This document shows, piece by piece, positions 1 through 6,623 of a stretch of DNA of 11,009 bases. A program made the translations under genes and the position numbers. Below the pieces are notes generated by a model. The model had not been told where the DNA came from. It was given only the letters and a program-made list of their open reading frames with translations, and searched no databases. The DNA is taken from contig JAWOHE010000090.1 in assembly GCA_046485285.1 (NCBI GenBank), positions 1-11,009 on the forward strand, written 5' to 3'. Position 1 is the stretch's first letter; the number at the start of each line of letters is the position of its first letter. The DNA is from a bacterium (lineage in GTDB: Bacteria > Hydrothermota > Tepidihabitantia > Tepidihabitantales > Tepidihabitantaceae).

Positions 1-206
1 CTGGCGTTGCACCCGATGATGTACCCTCGGTCGCGGGTCTGCTCAACCGTGTAGCAGTACGAACTGCCCCACGGCCAGACCCAAAGGCGCTCGAACGTTA
101 CCTGGGCCAGACTGCACGTGGCCAGCGAGACGACCAGAACGGCTACCGTCCGGACTCCAGGTATCAGGGCGCGGGCTCCACGCCCGTGCGCTGGTTGACA
201 CTCCAC
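1..206 (-). CDS. Secreted repeat/beta-propeller-like protein, N-terminal part (runs off the window edge)
   Basis: Not in the ORF track; manual translation from GTG at 206 gives MECQPAHGRGARALIPGVRTVAVLVVSLATCSLA-QVTFERLWVWPWGSSYCYTVEQTRDRGYIIGCNA. It has a signal-peptide-like hydrophobic stretch ending S-L-A, and a motif resembling 'TFERxY...SVQQTxDGGYII' of secreted repeat proteins. An in-frame TAA just upstream limits the start. Confidence 0.7.
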   Translation of the reverse strand, partial: MECQPAHGRGARALIPGVRTVAVLVVSLATCSLAQVTFERLWVWPWGSSYCYTVEQTRDRGYIIGCNA

Positions 207-242
207 GCAGTCATTTTATAGCATTGCTGCCCTCGGTGTCAA
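195..242. promoter_or_regulatory. Overlapping opposite-facing sigma70-type promoters
   Basis: - strand: TTGACA (242-237) with TATAAA (220-215) or TAAAAT (218-213). + strand: TTGACA (195-200) with TAGCAT (219-224). Confidence 0.55.
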
Positions 243-462
243 GCAGGGTGTCCCACCGCGGGAGAACGGTGACAAAGATGTTGACACCACCGCGTTCCTG
301 CAGTCTCGGATCAGGCAATGGGAATTCCCCGCCATTGGCCCGAGGCCTCCGGCCCGGCTAACCGAATGGCCCCGGCCGGCCGGACCGCCTCACGACCACC
401 GCCTGACGCAGAATTCTGGATGTGGAGTTTGAGTAACTACTAACGGTTCATAATCGCCAGGT

Positions 463-486
463 ATCCGGCTAAACACTTAGCTGGAT
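463..486. other. Inverted repeat/hairpin ATCCGGCTAA-ACAC-TTAGCTGGAT
   Basis: 10-bp arms with 9/10 Watson-Crick pairs plus one G-T, and a 4-nt loop. It lies just upstream of the 12-bp array. Confidence 0.6.
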
Positions 487-519
487 TGCTCTTAGGATGT
501 ATCCGGATTTCCCCCCTCC

Positions 520-735
520 CCTATCCCCCCGGTGACCCCCCGGGTTATCGGACCGGTAACCCGGAGCGTCACCCGGCCGGTCACTCTCCGGGTCATCCGG
601 CGTATCATCCGGCGCATCATCCGGCGTATCATCCGGCCGGCAATCGAGCCATTCACCGGCCCGGCAAACCGCCCGCTCACCCGCCCGGTCACCGGGTCGG
701 TCACTGCCCGAGTCATCGGCCGGGTCAACCGGGGA
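520..735 (+). repeat. Degenerate tandem array, 18 x 12 bp, consensus approx. GTCAYCCGSCSG
   Basis: Units read in phase without indels: cctatccccccg, gtgaccccccgg, gttatcggaccg, gtaacccggagc, gtcacccggccg, gtcactctccgg, gtcatccggcgt, atcatccggcgc, atcatccggcgt, atcatccggccg, gcaatcgagcca, ttcaccggcccg, gcaaaccgcccg, ctcacccgcccg, gtcaccgggtcg, gtcactgcccga, gtcatcggccgg, gtcaaccgggga. Position 4 is A in every unit and position 6 is always a pyrimidine. Confidence 0.92.
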
Positions 736-978
736 ATGCGGCTCCGGGTGCCGGAAAACGACGGTCAGGCCTGCCGCGCAACTCTCCGCAAAGAATCCGG
801 TTGGCACGGTACAGCCGCGTCCGGTCAGGTCGAAGATGAAGTTCAGGCGGAAGATCGGGGCTCCGAGAGGATATAACTATATGAGGGACCCCGGCTGAAC
901 CAGCCCGCTTGTGGTGAGCCGGAGCCCTGGAGTCCGATAATGTCCGCAGAATGCGGGAAGACCCGCAAAGGAGACGCT

Positions 979-1389
979 ATGTCCGCATATCCTGTCCCAC
1001 CGCCCGACGGCGCGACCCGCTGGGCCAAGTACCGCCTGCGCTTCGAGCGCCGGGCCGACGGCAGACTGCCGGAAGGCAGTTCCGAGAAGATGGCCGGGCT
1101 GATGACACAGCCGGCCCTGACTGCCCGGGTCCAGGCCTCGATGGACGGCCTGCACGCGGTCGAGGCCGACACCCGGGCGGTGCTCTGCACCACGGGAGTG
1201 CCGCCGATGCTGTTTGTCTTCTACCTCGACTACGCCCGGGAGCTCTGGAAGCTGACCAACCGGGTCAGCGGCGACTCGGCGGTCGGCGAAGCCGCGGCCC
1301 TGGCCGCCAAGTGGGTCGCCCGGAGCCTGTCAATCGAAATCCTGCGCCGGGTTGCCTACGAAGTGTTCAGTATCCGGCTGGCGGACTGA
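979..1389 (+). CDS. Hypothetical protein, putative SIRV2/rudivirus-type (Adnaviria) major capsid protein homolog
   Basis: ATG at 979 follows AAGGAG (968-973), giving 136 aa (the ORF track starts at 940). The motifs RWAKY...AVLCTTGV...YLDYARELWKLTNRVSGDSAVGEAAALAAKW parallel recalled SIRV2 MCP motifs RYAKW...AVLTQYGI...YQGFGLKVARALNRIGSGPALVNMINGLKGYY. The CDS itself is well supported; the homology is by eye. Confidence 0.7.
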   Translation: MSAYPVPPPDGATRWAKYRLRFERRADGRLPEGSSEKMAGLMTQPALTARVQASMDGLHAVEADTRAVLCTTGVPPMLFVFYLDYARELWKLTNRVSGDSAVGEAAALAAKWVARSLSIEILRRVAYEVFSIRLAD

Positions 1390-1417
1390 CGGCCGGGGCG
1401 CAGCTCATCCGGGCAGA

Positions 1418-1444
1418 GGGTCGAGGGGTCAAGGGGTCGAGGGG
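1418..1444 (+). repeat. 8-bp tandem repeat (GGGTCRAG) x3.4, G-quadruplex-capable
   Basis: gggtcgag gggtcaag gggtcgag ggg gives four G-tracts separated by 4-nt loops. Confidence 0.8.
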
Positions 1445-1453
1445 CAAACTGCG

Positions 1454-1474
1454 AAGGTCGTGATTCAGCGGTAG
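1454..1474 (+). repeat. 21-bp direct repeat, left copy (AAGGTCGTGATTCAGCGGTAG)
   Basis: Identical to 2030-2050. Confidence 0.95.
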
Positions 1475-1501
1475 GCCGGCAGTCTGACCGGAACGAAACG
1501 G

Positions 1502-1744
1502 TTACAGCCGGTCCAGTAGCTTGGTCTTGGATACGCCGGTCCAGATGCTGACCCGGCTCAGGATGTCGTTCAGCGTACCCTTGGCCAGGGTCTTGTGTGC
1601 CGGGACCGTGATGCGGTGGACCCCGGCCTCGGAAACCCTCTGAAGCCGGACGTGGCTGCCGCGCTGCCGGACCACCGAGTAGCCGAGACTCTGCAGCAGC
1701 TTGACAAGCGAGTCGCCGCTAGTTGGCGGCAGACGGGGCGGCAC
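1502..1744 (-). CDS. hicA: Type II toxin-antitoxin HicA family toxin (mRNA interferase)
   Basis: 80 aa with the pattern LVKLLQSLGY-VVRQRGSHVRL...ITVPAH..LAKGTL..IL, including the catalytic GSH motif. Confidence 0.93.
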   Translation of the reverse strand: MPPRLPPTSGDSLVKLLQSLGYSVVRQRGSHVRLQRVSEAGVHRITVPAHKTLAKGTLNDILSRVSIWTGVSKTKLLDRL

Positions 1745-1943
1745 TCGTGACCTCGGTTTCGGTCAGGAACAGGATGGACAGCGGCTTGCCCGCCTTCAGT
1801 TCATCTTCGTAGTGACAGGCAACGGCTTCGCGGACTTCAACCAGTAGACCATCCAGCGTGTCGCTGCACGTGAAGATGTCCCCACCAACCCCACGGGCGC
1901 ACCATTGCTCGCCATCGGAGTAGACTTCTACCTTGACCACCAT
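1719..1943 (-). CDS. hicB: HicB-like antitoxin, short form without an obvious DNA-binding domain
   Basis: 74 aa and acidic, with the WCARG...IFTCSDTLDGL..EVREAV.CHY pattern of the HicB N-terminal domain. It overlaps the hicA start. Confidence 0.85.
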   Translation of the reverse strand: MVVKVEVYSDGEQWCARGVGGDIFTCSDTLDGLLVEVREAVACHYEDELKAGKPLSILFLTETEVTSAAPSAAN

Positions 1944-1948
1944 ATCTC

Positions 1949-1976
1949 ATTATCGCCGCCGGGCCCGACCGGTCAA
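1949..1976 (-). promoter_or_regulatory. Putative hicBA promoter (leaderless)
   Basis: TTGACC (1976-1971), 16-nt spacer, GATAAT (1954-1949). The ATG follows 5 nt later with no Shine-Dalgarno sequence. Confidence 0.6.
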
Positions 1977-2029
1977 GTCGGTGTTGCACTCCAGGGCAGG
2001 GAGCGGCCCTTCACCGCGGTCGTAGTGCC

Positions 2030-2050
2030 AAGGTCGTGATTCAGCGGTAG
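2030..2050 (+). repeat. 21-bp direct repeat, right copy
   Basis: Identical to 1454-1474; the two copies are 576 bp apart. Confidence 0.95.
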
Positions 2051-2079
2051 CCGCGGCCGGCGCGGTTCAACGCCGGGCG

Positions 2080-2784
2080 TCAGGCGGCCGCGACTACGAC
2101 CACGAAGCTCGCGCCCGGGACGTAGCCATCACGCGGCTCCTCGGCCCGGTCACATTCCCCGGGTCCGAGAAACAGCGTCGAAACCGTCCGCTCGATGCGA
2201 TACCCGGCCTGCTCGAACTCCGCGACCACCTCCGGGTGAGTGGCGAACCACGCCCTGCTGAACAACGGGTGGCCTTCCCGTCCTTTCGCGACGTAGTCTC
2301 TCCCCCACGCGCCGTCCCGGTCGAGAAACGCGTTGACAACCCGGCCGCCGGGCCTGAGTATCCGGCGGCACTCGCGAAGGACCGCCTGCCGGTCACTGAG
2401 AAACGCCCAGGTCGTGAGCAGGAAGACGGTACCGAAGCTCCCTGCCTTGTACGCCGTCTCCTCGCCCTCGCCCCAGAGCACGTCGATGCCCCGGGACCGG
2501 GCGAGCTTCAGCAGTCCCTCCGACGGGTCAACGCCCTGCGGGATGCCGAGCGCCTGCGCGAACCGGCCGGTGCCGACCCCGATTTCCAGCCAGGGCTTCT
2601 CCAGCCCGGGCAGGAGCGGCCGGAGCGCCGCGAGCTCGGTCTCGAACGCGAACCGGCCCTTGCCGTCGTACCAGCCGTCGTACTTCGCGGCCAGCGCGTC
2701 GAAAGGCGACCCCGGGGACATGACCGGCTTTCGGTCCTCCGAAACCCGGATCGTGTCCCCGGCTCTCCGGTCACGCCCGCTCAT
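2080..2784 (-). CDS. Class I SAM-dependent methyltransferase
   Basis: FD..A.KYD.WY, motif I LEIGVGTGRFA, GVDPS, ECRRILRPGG. The start is uncertain (ATG 2784 overlapping the upstream stop, or ATG 2721). Confidence 0.9.
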   Translation of the reverse strand: MSGRDRRAGDTIRVSEDRKPVMSPGSPFDALAAKYDGWYDGKGRFAFETELAALRPLLPGLEKPWLEIGVGTGRFAQALGIPQGVDPSEGLLKLARSRGIDVLWGEGEETAYKAGSFGTVFLLTTWAFLSDRQAVLRECRRILRPGGRVVNAFLDRDGAWGRDYVAKGREGHPLFSRAWFATHPEVVAEFEQAGYRIERTVSTLFLGPGECDRAEEPRDGYVPGASFVVVVAAA

Positions 2785-3367
2785 CGTCTTCCAGCTCCCT
2801 TTCGATCCGCCTGCGCCAGTAGCCGGAGTACAGCGCACCGGCCGGGTTGTGAGCCAGCAACCGGTCCTTGACGACGAAGGTGGTGACCGGCGCGGCGCTG
2901 TGCTGCGTGAAGGTGATGTCGTGGCCGATGCACAGCCCGACGATGATGTTGAGGTCGGTCCTGGCCTTGTTCAGGGCTAGTGCCTGGCCGACCGGGTTGC
3001 ACATCGCCTCGACCCGCTCGGCCTTGATCTTGTCCAGCCCGAACCGTTCCTTCTCGACCCCGCCGACCTTGCAGCAGACCGACTCGACCTCGAACCGCTT
3101 CGCGAGCAGGCCGGCCAGCACCCGGGCCTCGTCGGCAAGGCCGATACAGAAGGCGATGCCGAGCCGGCGATAGCCCATCTCCCGGCAGAAGCGGGCGAGC
3201 TCCTCGAGCCGGCAAAGCTGCATGTAGTGGCGCCCTTCGAGCCGGGTGGCGACCCGGGTCATCGCCAGCACCGTCGGGTCCGCGCAACGCGCGGCCGACT
3301 CCTCGGCCAGGCCGAAGCAATCCCTGCCGCCGTAGCAGCGCTTGTCGCCACAGTCCGCGCAGTTCAC
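2771..3367 (-). CDS. DUF1847 domain Cys-rich putative metal-binding protein
   Basis: RLEEL..F...MGY.RLGIAFCIGL, CCKVGG, CNPVGQA..LN...TDLNIIVGLCIGHD, PVTTFVVKDR.LAHNP. The GTG start at 3367 forms a GTGA overlap with the upstream stop (alternative ATG at 3379). Confidence 0.9.
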   Translation of the reverse strand: MNCADCGDKRCYGGRDCFGLAEESAARCADPTVLAMTRVATRLEGRHYMQLCRLEELARFCREMGYRRLGIAFCIGLADEARVLAGLLAKRFEVESVCCKVGGVEKERFGLDKIKAERVEAMCNPVGQALALNKARTDLNIIVGLCIGHDITFTQHSAAPVTTFVVKDRLLAHNPAGALYSGYWRRRIERELEDDERA

Positions 3368-4092
3368 CGCGCCGCCCATTCAGCGCTCCAGCCGCAGCCG
3401 ACGTTCTCGCACCGCTCGCCCCACTCCTCCTCGAACACCGCCCGCGCCGCCTCGCCCGTGCAGTGGGCCGGCCCGACCCGGCGCACTCCGAGTGCTTCGA
3501 GTTCGGCGCTCGCCGCCCGGGCCTGCCCTGGCCCGGACTCGCGCAGGTGAAACCCGCCGACGACCAGCGCCGGCGCGAGCCCGAACTGCTCGCTGACTGC
3601 CCGACACATTGCCGCCACGCCCGGGTGCGCGCAGCCGGTGGCGACCACCGGCCCGGCCGCGGTTGCGATGACCAGCGCCTGCTCGGGCGGGTCGCCGGCA
3701 ATCTCACCCGTGGTCCGGATGCCGGGCACGAGCTCAGCCGGCCCGGCCACCCGCACCGGTTCGGCGCCCAGGGCCCTGACCCGGGCCGCGAGACTCTCCG
3801 AGGCCGAAGCCGGCAGCCAGCAGCGGCCGCACCGCCGGCCCAGCGCCGCCTCGAGCCCGCCGTTGTGGTCCCAGTGGTCGTGGGATATCACCACCCGGTC
3901 GAAACCGGTCAATCCGAACCCGAGCGCGGCGAGGTTGGCCGCGAGTACCGCCGGCTTCGCCCCGGTATCGAACAGCACCGTGTCCGCCCCGCGCATCACC
4001 ACGCAGGCAAATCCCCAGTCCGGCTCGAGTCCCTCGACCAGCGTCCGGTTATCATAGACCACAACCAGTCTGAACTTCGCGTCGTCGGTCAT
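3364..4092 (-). CDS. MBL-fold metallo-hydrolase (COG1237-like)
   Basis: VVYDN, WGFAC, LFDTG, SHDHWDHNGG (HxHxDH), TGCAHPG, GGFHL, PAHCTG. ATG at 4092 has a GGAGG RBS. The longer N-terminus in the ORF track overlaps other genes. Confidence 0.92.
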   Translation of the reverse strand: MTDDAKFRLVVVYDNRTLVEGLEPDWGFACVVMRGADTVLFDTGAKPAVLAANLAALGFGLTGFDRVVISHDHWDHNGGLEAALGRRCGRCWLPASASESLAARVRALGAEPVRVAGPAELVPGIRTTGEIAGDPPEQALVIATAAGPVVATGCAHPGVAAMCRAVSEQFGLAPALVVGGFHLRESGPGQARAASAELEALGVRRVGPAHCTGEAARAVFEEEWGERCENVGCGWSAEWAAR

Positions 4093-4136
4093 CGCGCCTC
4101 CTCCGGGTGGCGCCGCCAGCAGCGCCAGCATTACGG

Positions 4137-4484
4137 CTAGAATACCAGCACCTCCCAGCCGTCGGCAAGGTACCGGCCGACCGCCGGGTGGCCGTCCATC
4201 TCGCCGCAGACCCTGATGCCCTGCTCGGTCGCCGCCTGCAGGACCCCGAACTTCGTCGCGCAGGCCCTGCAGACGCAGTCGAACAGGCCCTCGTTCAGGG
4301 TCCGGCGGTAGAGGGCGTGAAACGGCTTGGTCTCGTTGCGCATCACCGAGGCGTGCTTCGTCGCCTCGCCCTCGAGCACTATCTTCACCTCCCAACCCCG
4401 GTCGCGCATCTCGAGCGCGTTGAGCATCACGTGGGAGAAACAGCCCGGGTCCGGGCTGAACGCGAACAATGCCAGCTTCCTCAT
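4137..4484 (-). CDS. DsrE/DsrF-like protein
   Basis: 115 aa from ATG 4484 (ATGA overlap with the upstream stop). Motifs CF.HV.LNALEM...G.EVKIVLEGEAT, CVCRACA and GHP fit the small DsrE-family sulfur-relay-like proteins. Confidence 0.75.
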   Translation of the reverse strand: MRKLALFAFSPDPGCFSHVMLNALEMRDRGWEVKIVLEGEATKHASVMRNETKPFHALYRRTLNEGLFDCVCRACATKFGVLQAATEQGIRVCGEMDGHPAVGRYLADGWEVLVF

Positions 4485-4930
4485 CCTGCCTCCTTGTCCC
4501 TGGCCTGGTTGACCGCTTCGACCAGCGTGCGCGCGGCCAGCAGCGCGCAATGCCGGCTCTCCTCGGGCAGCCCGCCCAGGGCGTCGAGCACCGCCTGCTG
4601 GTCAAGCGCGGCGGCTTCCTCGATCGTCCGACCCCGGGCCAGTATCGTCACCATGCTCCCGCAGACGATGCTCGGGCCGCAGCCGTCGGTCCAGAACGTC
4701 GCCTCGGCAACCGCGCCGCCCTCGACCCGAAGCCATATCTGCATCGTGTCCCCGCACGGCCCGGTGATGCTGGCGTAACCGTCCGGATTCTCGAGCCAGC
4801 CCGCGTGCCGGGGATTCCGCCAGAGCTCGATCACTTTCGGCGAGTAGACACGTGCCGCCTCGCGCAGGATCTCCTCCTGCATCCGGTCGAACTCGTCAGC
4901 CCCGCCGGCTACTTCGTCTCCGCCAGGCAC
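4481..4930 (-). CDS. Iron-sulfur cluster scaffold, IscU/NifU N-terminal family
   Basis: YS.KVIE...NPR..G, GPCGD, DGCG and RHCA supply the three scaffold cysteines. The start is uncertain (4948, 4930 or 4882). Confidence 0.9.
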   Translation of the reverse strand: MPGGDEVAGGADEFDRMQEEILREAARVYSPKVIELWRNPRHAGWLENPDGYASITGPCGDTMQIWLRVEGGAVAEATFWTDGCGPSIVCGSMVTILARGRTIEEAAALDQQAVLDALGGLPEESRHCALLAARTLVEAVNQARDKEAG

Positions 4931-5790
4931 TCCGCCACCTTTCGCCACGCGGCCTCGATCGCCGACCGCGCCGGCGAAGACTCGCCTTCAACCACGGTCC
5001 GGCCCGCGACGACCGCGCGCGTTACCGCCTCGTCGTAGGGCACCCTGCCGACGACCTCGACGCCATTCTCCCGGCACCAGTCCTCGAGCGCCCGGGCGTT
5101 GCCCGGGTTGATGTCGAACCGGTTGACGAGGCACCCGGCCCGGATCCCGAACCGCCCCGCGACCTCGGCCACCCGCTTGAGGTCGTGGATGCCCGACAGG
5201 CTGGGTTCGGCAACGGCCAGCACCATCTCCGCGCCGGTTATCGCGGCGATGACCGGGCAGCCGATGCCCGGCGGGCCGTCGGCAATCACGTACCGGGCGC
5301 CGCGGTCCGCGGCAATCGCGGCCGCCCGCTTCCGGACCGCGGTCACGAGCTTGCCCGAGTTCTCCTCCGCCGGGCCGAGCCGGGCGTGGACCATCATCCC
5401 GCACCGCACCCGCGACACGAACCACTCGCCGTTGACCGCCGGGGTCATCCGGATTGCGCCCGCCGGGCAGGCGCGGGCACAGAACCCGCAACCCTCGCAC
5501 GCGACCGGGTCGATGTCGAAGGACTCCGTGACCGCGTCGAACCGACAGACCTCGCGGCATCGGCCGCAATCGGTGCAGGGTCCGGGGTCGCGCACCGCGA
5601 TACTGCCGCCGCTGAACTCGTGCCGCTCGAGCACCTCGGGCTGGAACAAAAGGTGCAGGTCGGCCGCGTCGACGTCGCAATCGGCCAGCACGCAATCGCC
5701 CGCCAGCACCGCGAACGACGCCGACACGACGGTCTTGCCGGTCCCGCCCTTGCCGCTGACGACCGTGAGCCGGCGCGCCGGCGCGGTCAT
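4909..5790 (-). CDS. MinD-superfamily P-loop ATPase with inserted 2x[4Fe-4S] ferredoxin domain (COG1149-type), copy 2
   Basis: SGKGGTGKT, DCDVDAADLH, CTDCGRCREVC, CEGCGFCARACP, ENSGKLV, DGPPGIGCPV. ATG 5790 forms an ATGA overlap. Confidence 0.93.
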   Translation of the reverse strand: MTAPARRLTVVSGKGGTGKTVVSASFAVLAGDCVLADCDVDAADLHLLFQPEVLERHEFSGGSIAVRDPGPCTDCGRCREVCRFDAVTESFDIDPVACEGCGFCARACPAGAIRMTPAVNGEWFVSRVRCGMMVHARLGPAEENSGKLVTAVRKRAAAIAADRGARYVIADGPPGIGCPVIAAITGAEMVLAVAEPSLSGIHDLKRVAEVAGRFGIRAGCLVNRFDINPGNARALEDWCRENGVEVVGRVPYDEAVTRAVVAGRTVVEGESSPARSAIEAAWRKVAECLAETK

Positions 5791-6617
5791 GAGGCGAGCT
5801 CCCGGACGCGCTGCCAGAGCTCGCCGAACGCGGCCCGGTACCCGGGCAGGGCCTCGACCAGCGACATGCCCCGGGAGTAGGCCTCGGCGATGCGCCGGTC
5901 GTGCGGAATCCGCATCAGGATCGGGATGCCCTCGGCGGAACACCACTGCTCGGTCTTGTCGTCGCCGATGTCGGCCCGGTTCAGGACCACGCCGAACCGG
6001 ATGTCCAGCCGGCGCAGGGTCTCGACCGCAAGCGTGAGGTCGTGCAGGCCGAAGGGCGTCGGCTCGGTCACGAGCAGGCAGAAGTCGCTGCCGAGCACCG
6101 ACTGCACCACCGGGCACGACGTGCCCGGTGGTGCATCGAGGATTGCGCCCCCGTCGGTGCTGATCTCACGCTTGACGGCGCGGATGACCGGGACCGCCAT
6201 CGGCTCGCCGATGTTCAGCCGGCCCTGGACGAAACCGGTACTGCCGCCGGCGCCGGTCTCGACGACGCCGATCGGGATTTCCTTCTCGCTGATTGCCTTT
6301 TCCGGGCAGACCCACGCGCACAGACCGCAGGAATGGCACAACTCGGGGAAGACCAGCACCCGGCCGGGCAGGACCGCCAGCGCGTGGTAGGCGCAGGCCC
6401 GCGAGCACTCGTGGCAGAGCGTGCACTTCCCGGGGTCGACCTCGGGCACCAGCTTGTTCACCACTGCCCGCCCGGTTATCGCCGGCTTCAGGAAGATGTG
6501 GCCGTTGGGCTCCTCGACGTCGCAGTCGAGATACTGGCTGCCGGTGACCAGCGCCAGGCTGACCGCGACCGTCGTCTTGCCGGTTCCGCCCTTGCCGCTG
6601 GCGACCGCGACGACCAC
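5787..6617 (-). CDS. MinD-superfamily P-loop ATPase with inserted ferredoxin domain (COG1149-type), copy 1
   Basis: SGKGGTGKTT, DCDVEEPNGHIF, CTLCHECSRAC, CHSCGLCAWVCP, DAPPGTSCPV, VTEPTPFGLHDL. Confidence 0.93.
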   Translation of the reverse strand: MVVAVASGKGGTGKTTVAVSLALVTGSQYLDCDVEEPNGHIFLKPAITGRAVVNKLVPEVDPGKCTLCHECSRACAYHALAVLPGRVLVFPELCHSCGLCAWVCPEKAISEKEIPIGVVETGAGGSTGFVQGRLNIGEPMAVPVIRAVKREISTDGGAILDAPPGTSCPVVQSVLGSDFCLLVTEPTPFGLHDLTLAVETLRRLDIRFGVVLNRADIGDDKTEQWCSAEGIPILMRIPHDRRIAEAYSRGMSLVEALPGYRAAFGELWQRVRELAS

Positions 6618-6623
6618 GCCCGC

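Noticed and set aside
520-735. CRISPR array
   Set aside because: The units are contiguous 12-mers with no unique spacers, and no cas genes are present.
940-987. 9-bp direct repeat ATGTCCGCA at both candidate starts (940 and 979)
   Set aside because: It is too short to interpret, and only 979 has a clear RBS.
843-1463. ORFs 843-1193 (-), 877-1155 (-) and 951-1463 (+)
   Set aside because: They are shadows of the 979-1389 gene, which has the RBS and protein-like composition.
940-2050. Intact prophage or provirus
   Set aside because: There is only one capsid-like gene and no integrase, replication or packaging genes. The 21-bp repeats enclose hicBA only.
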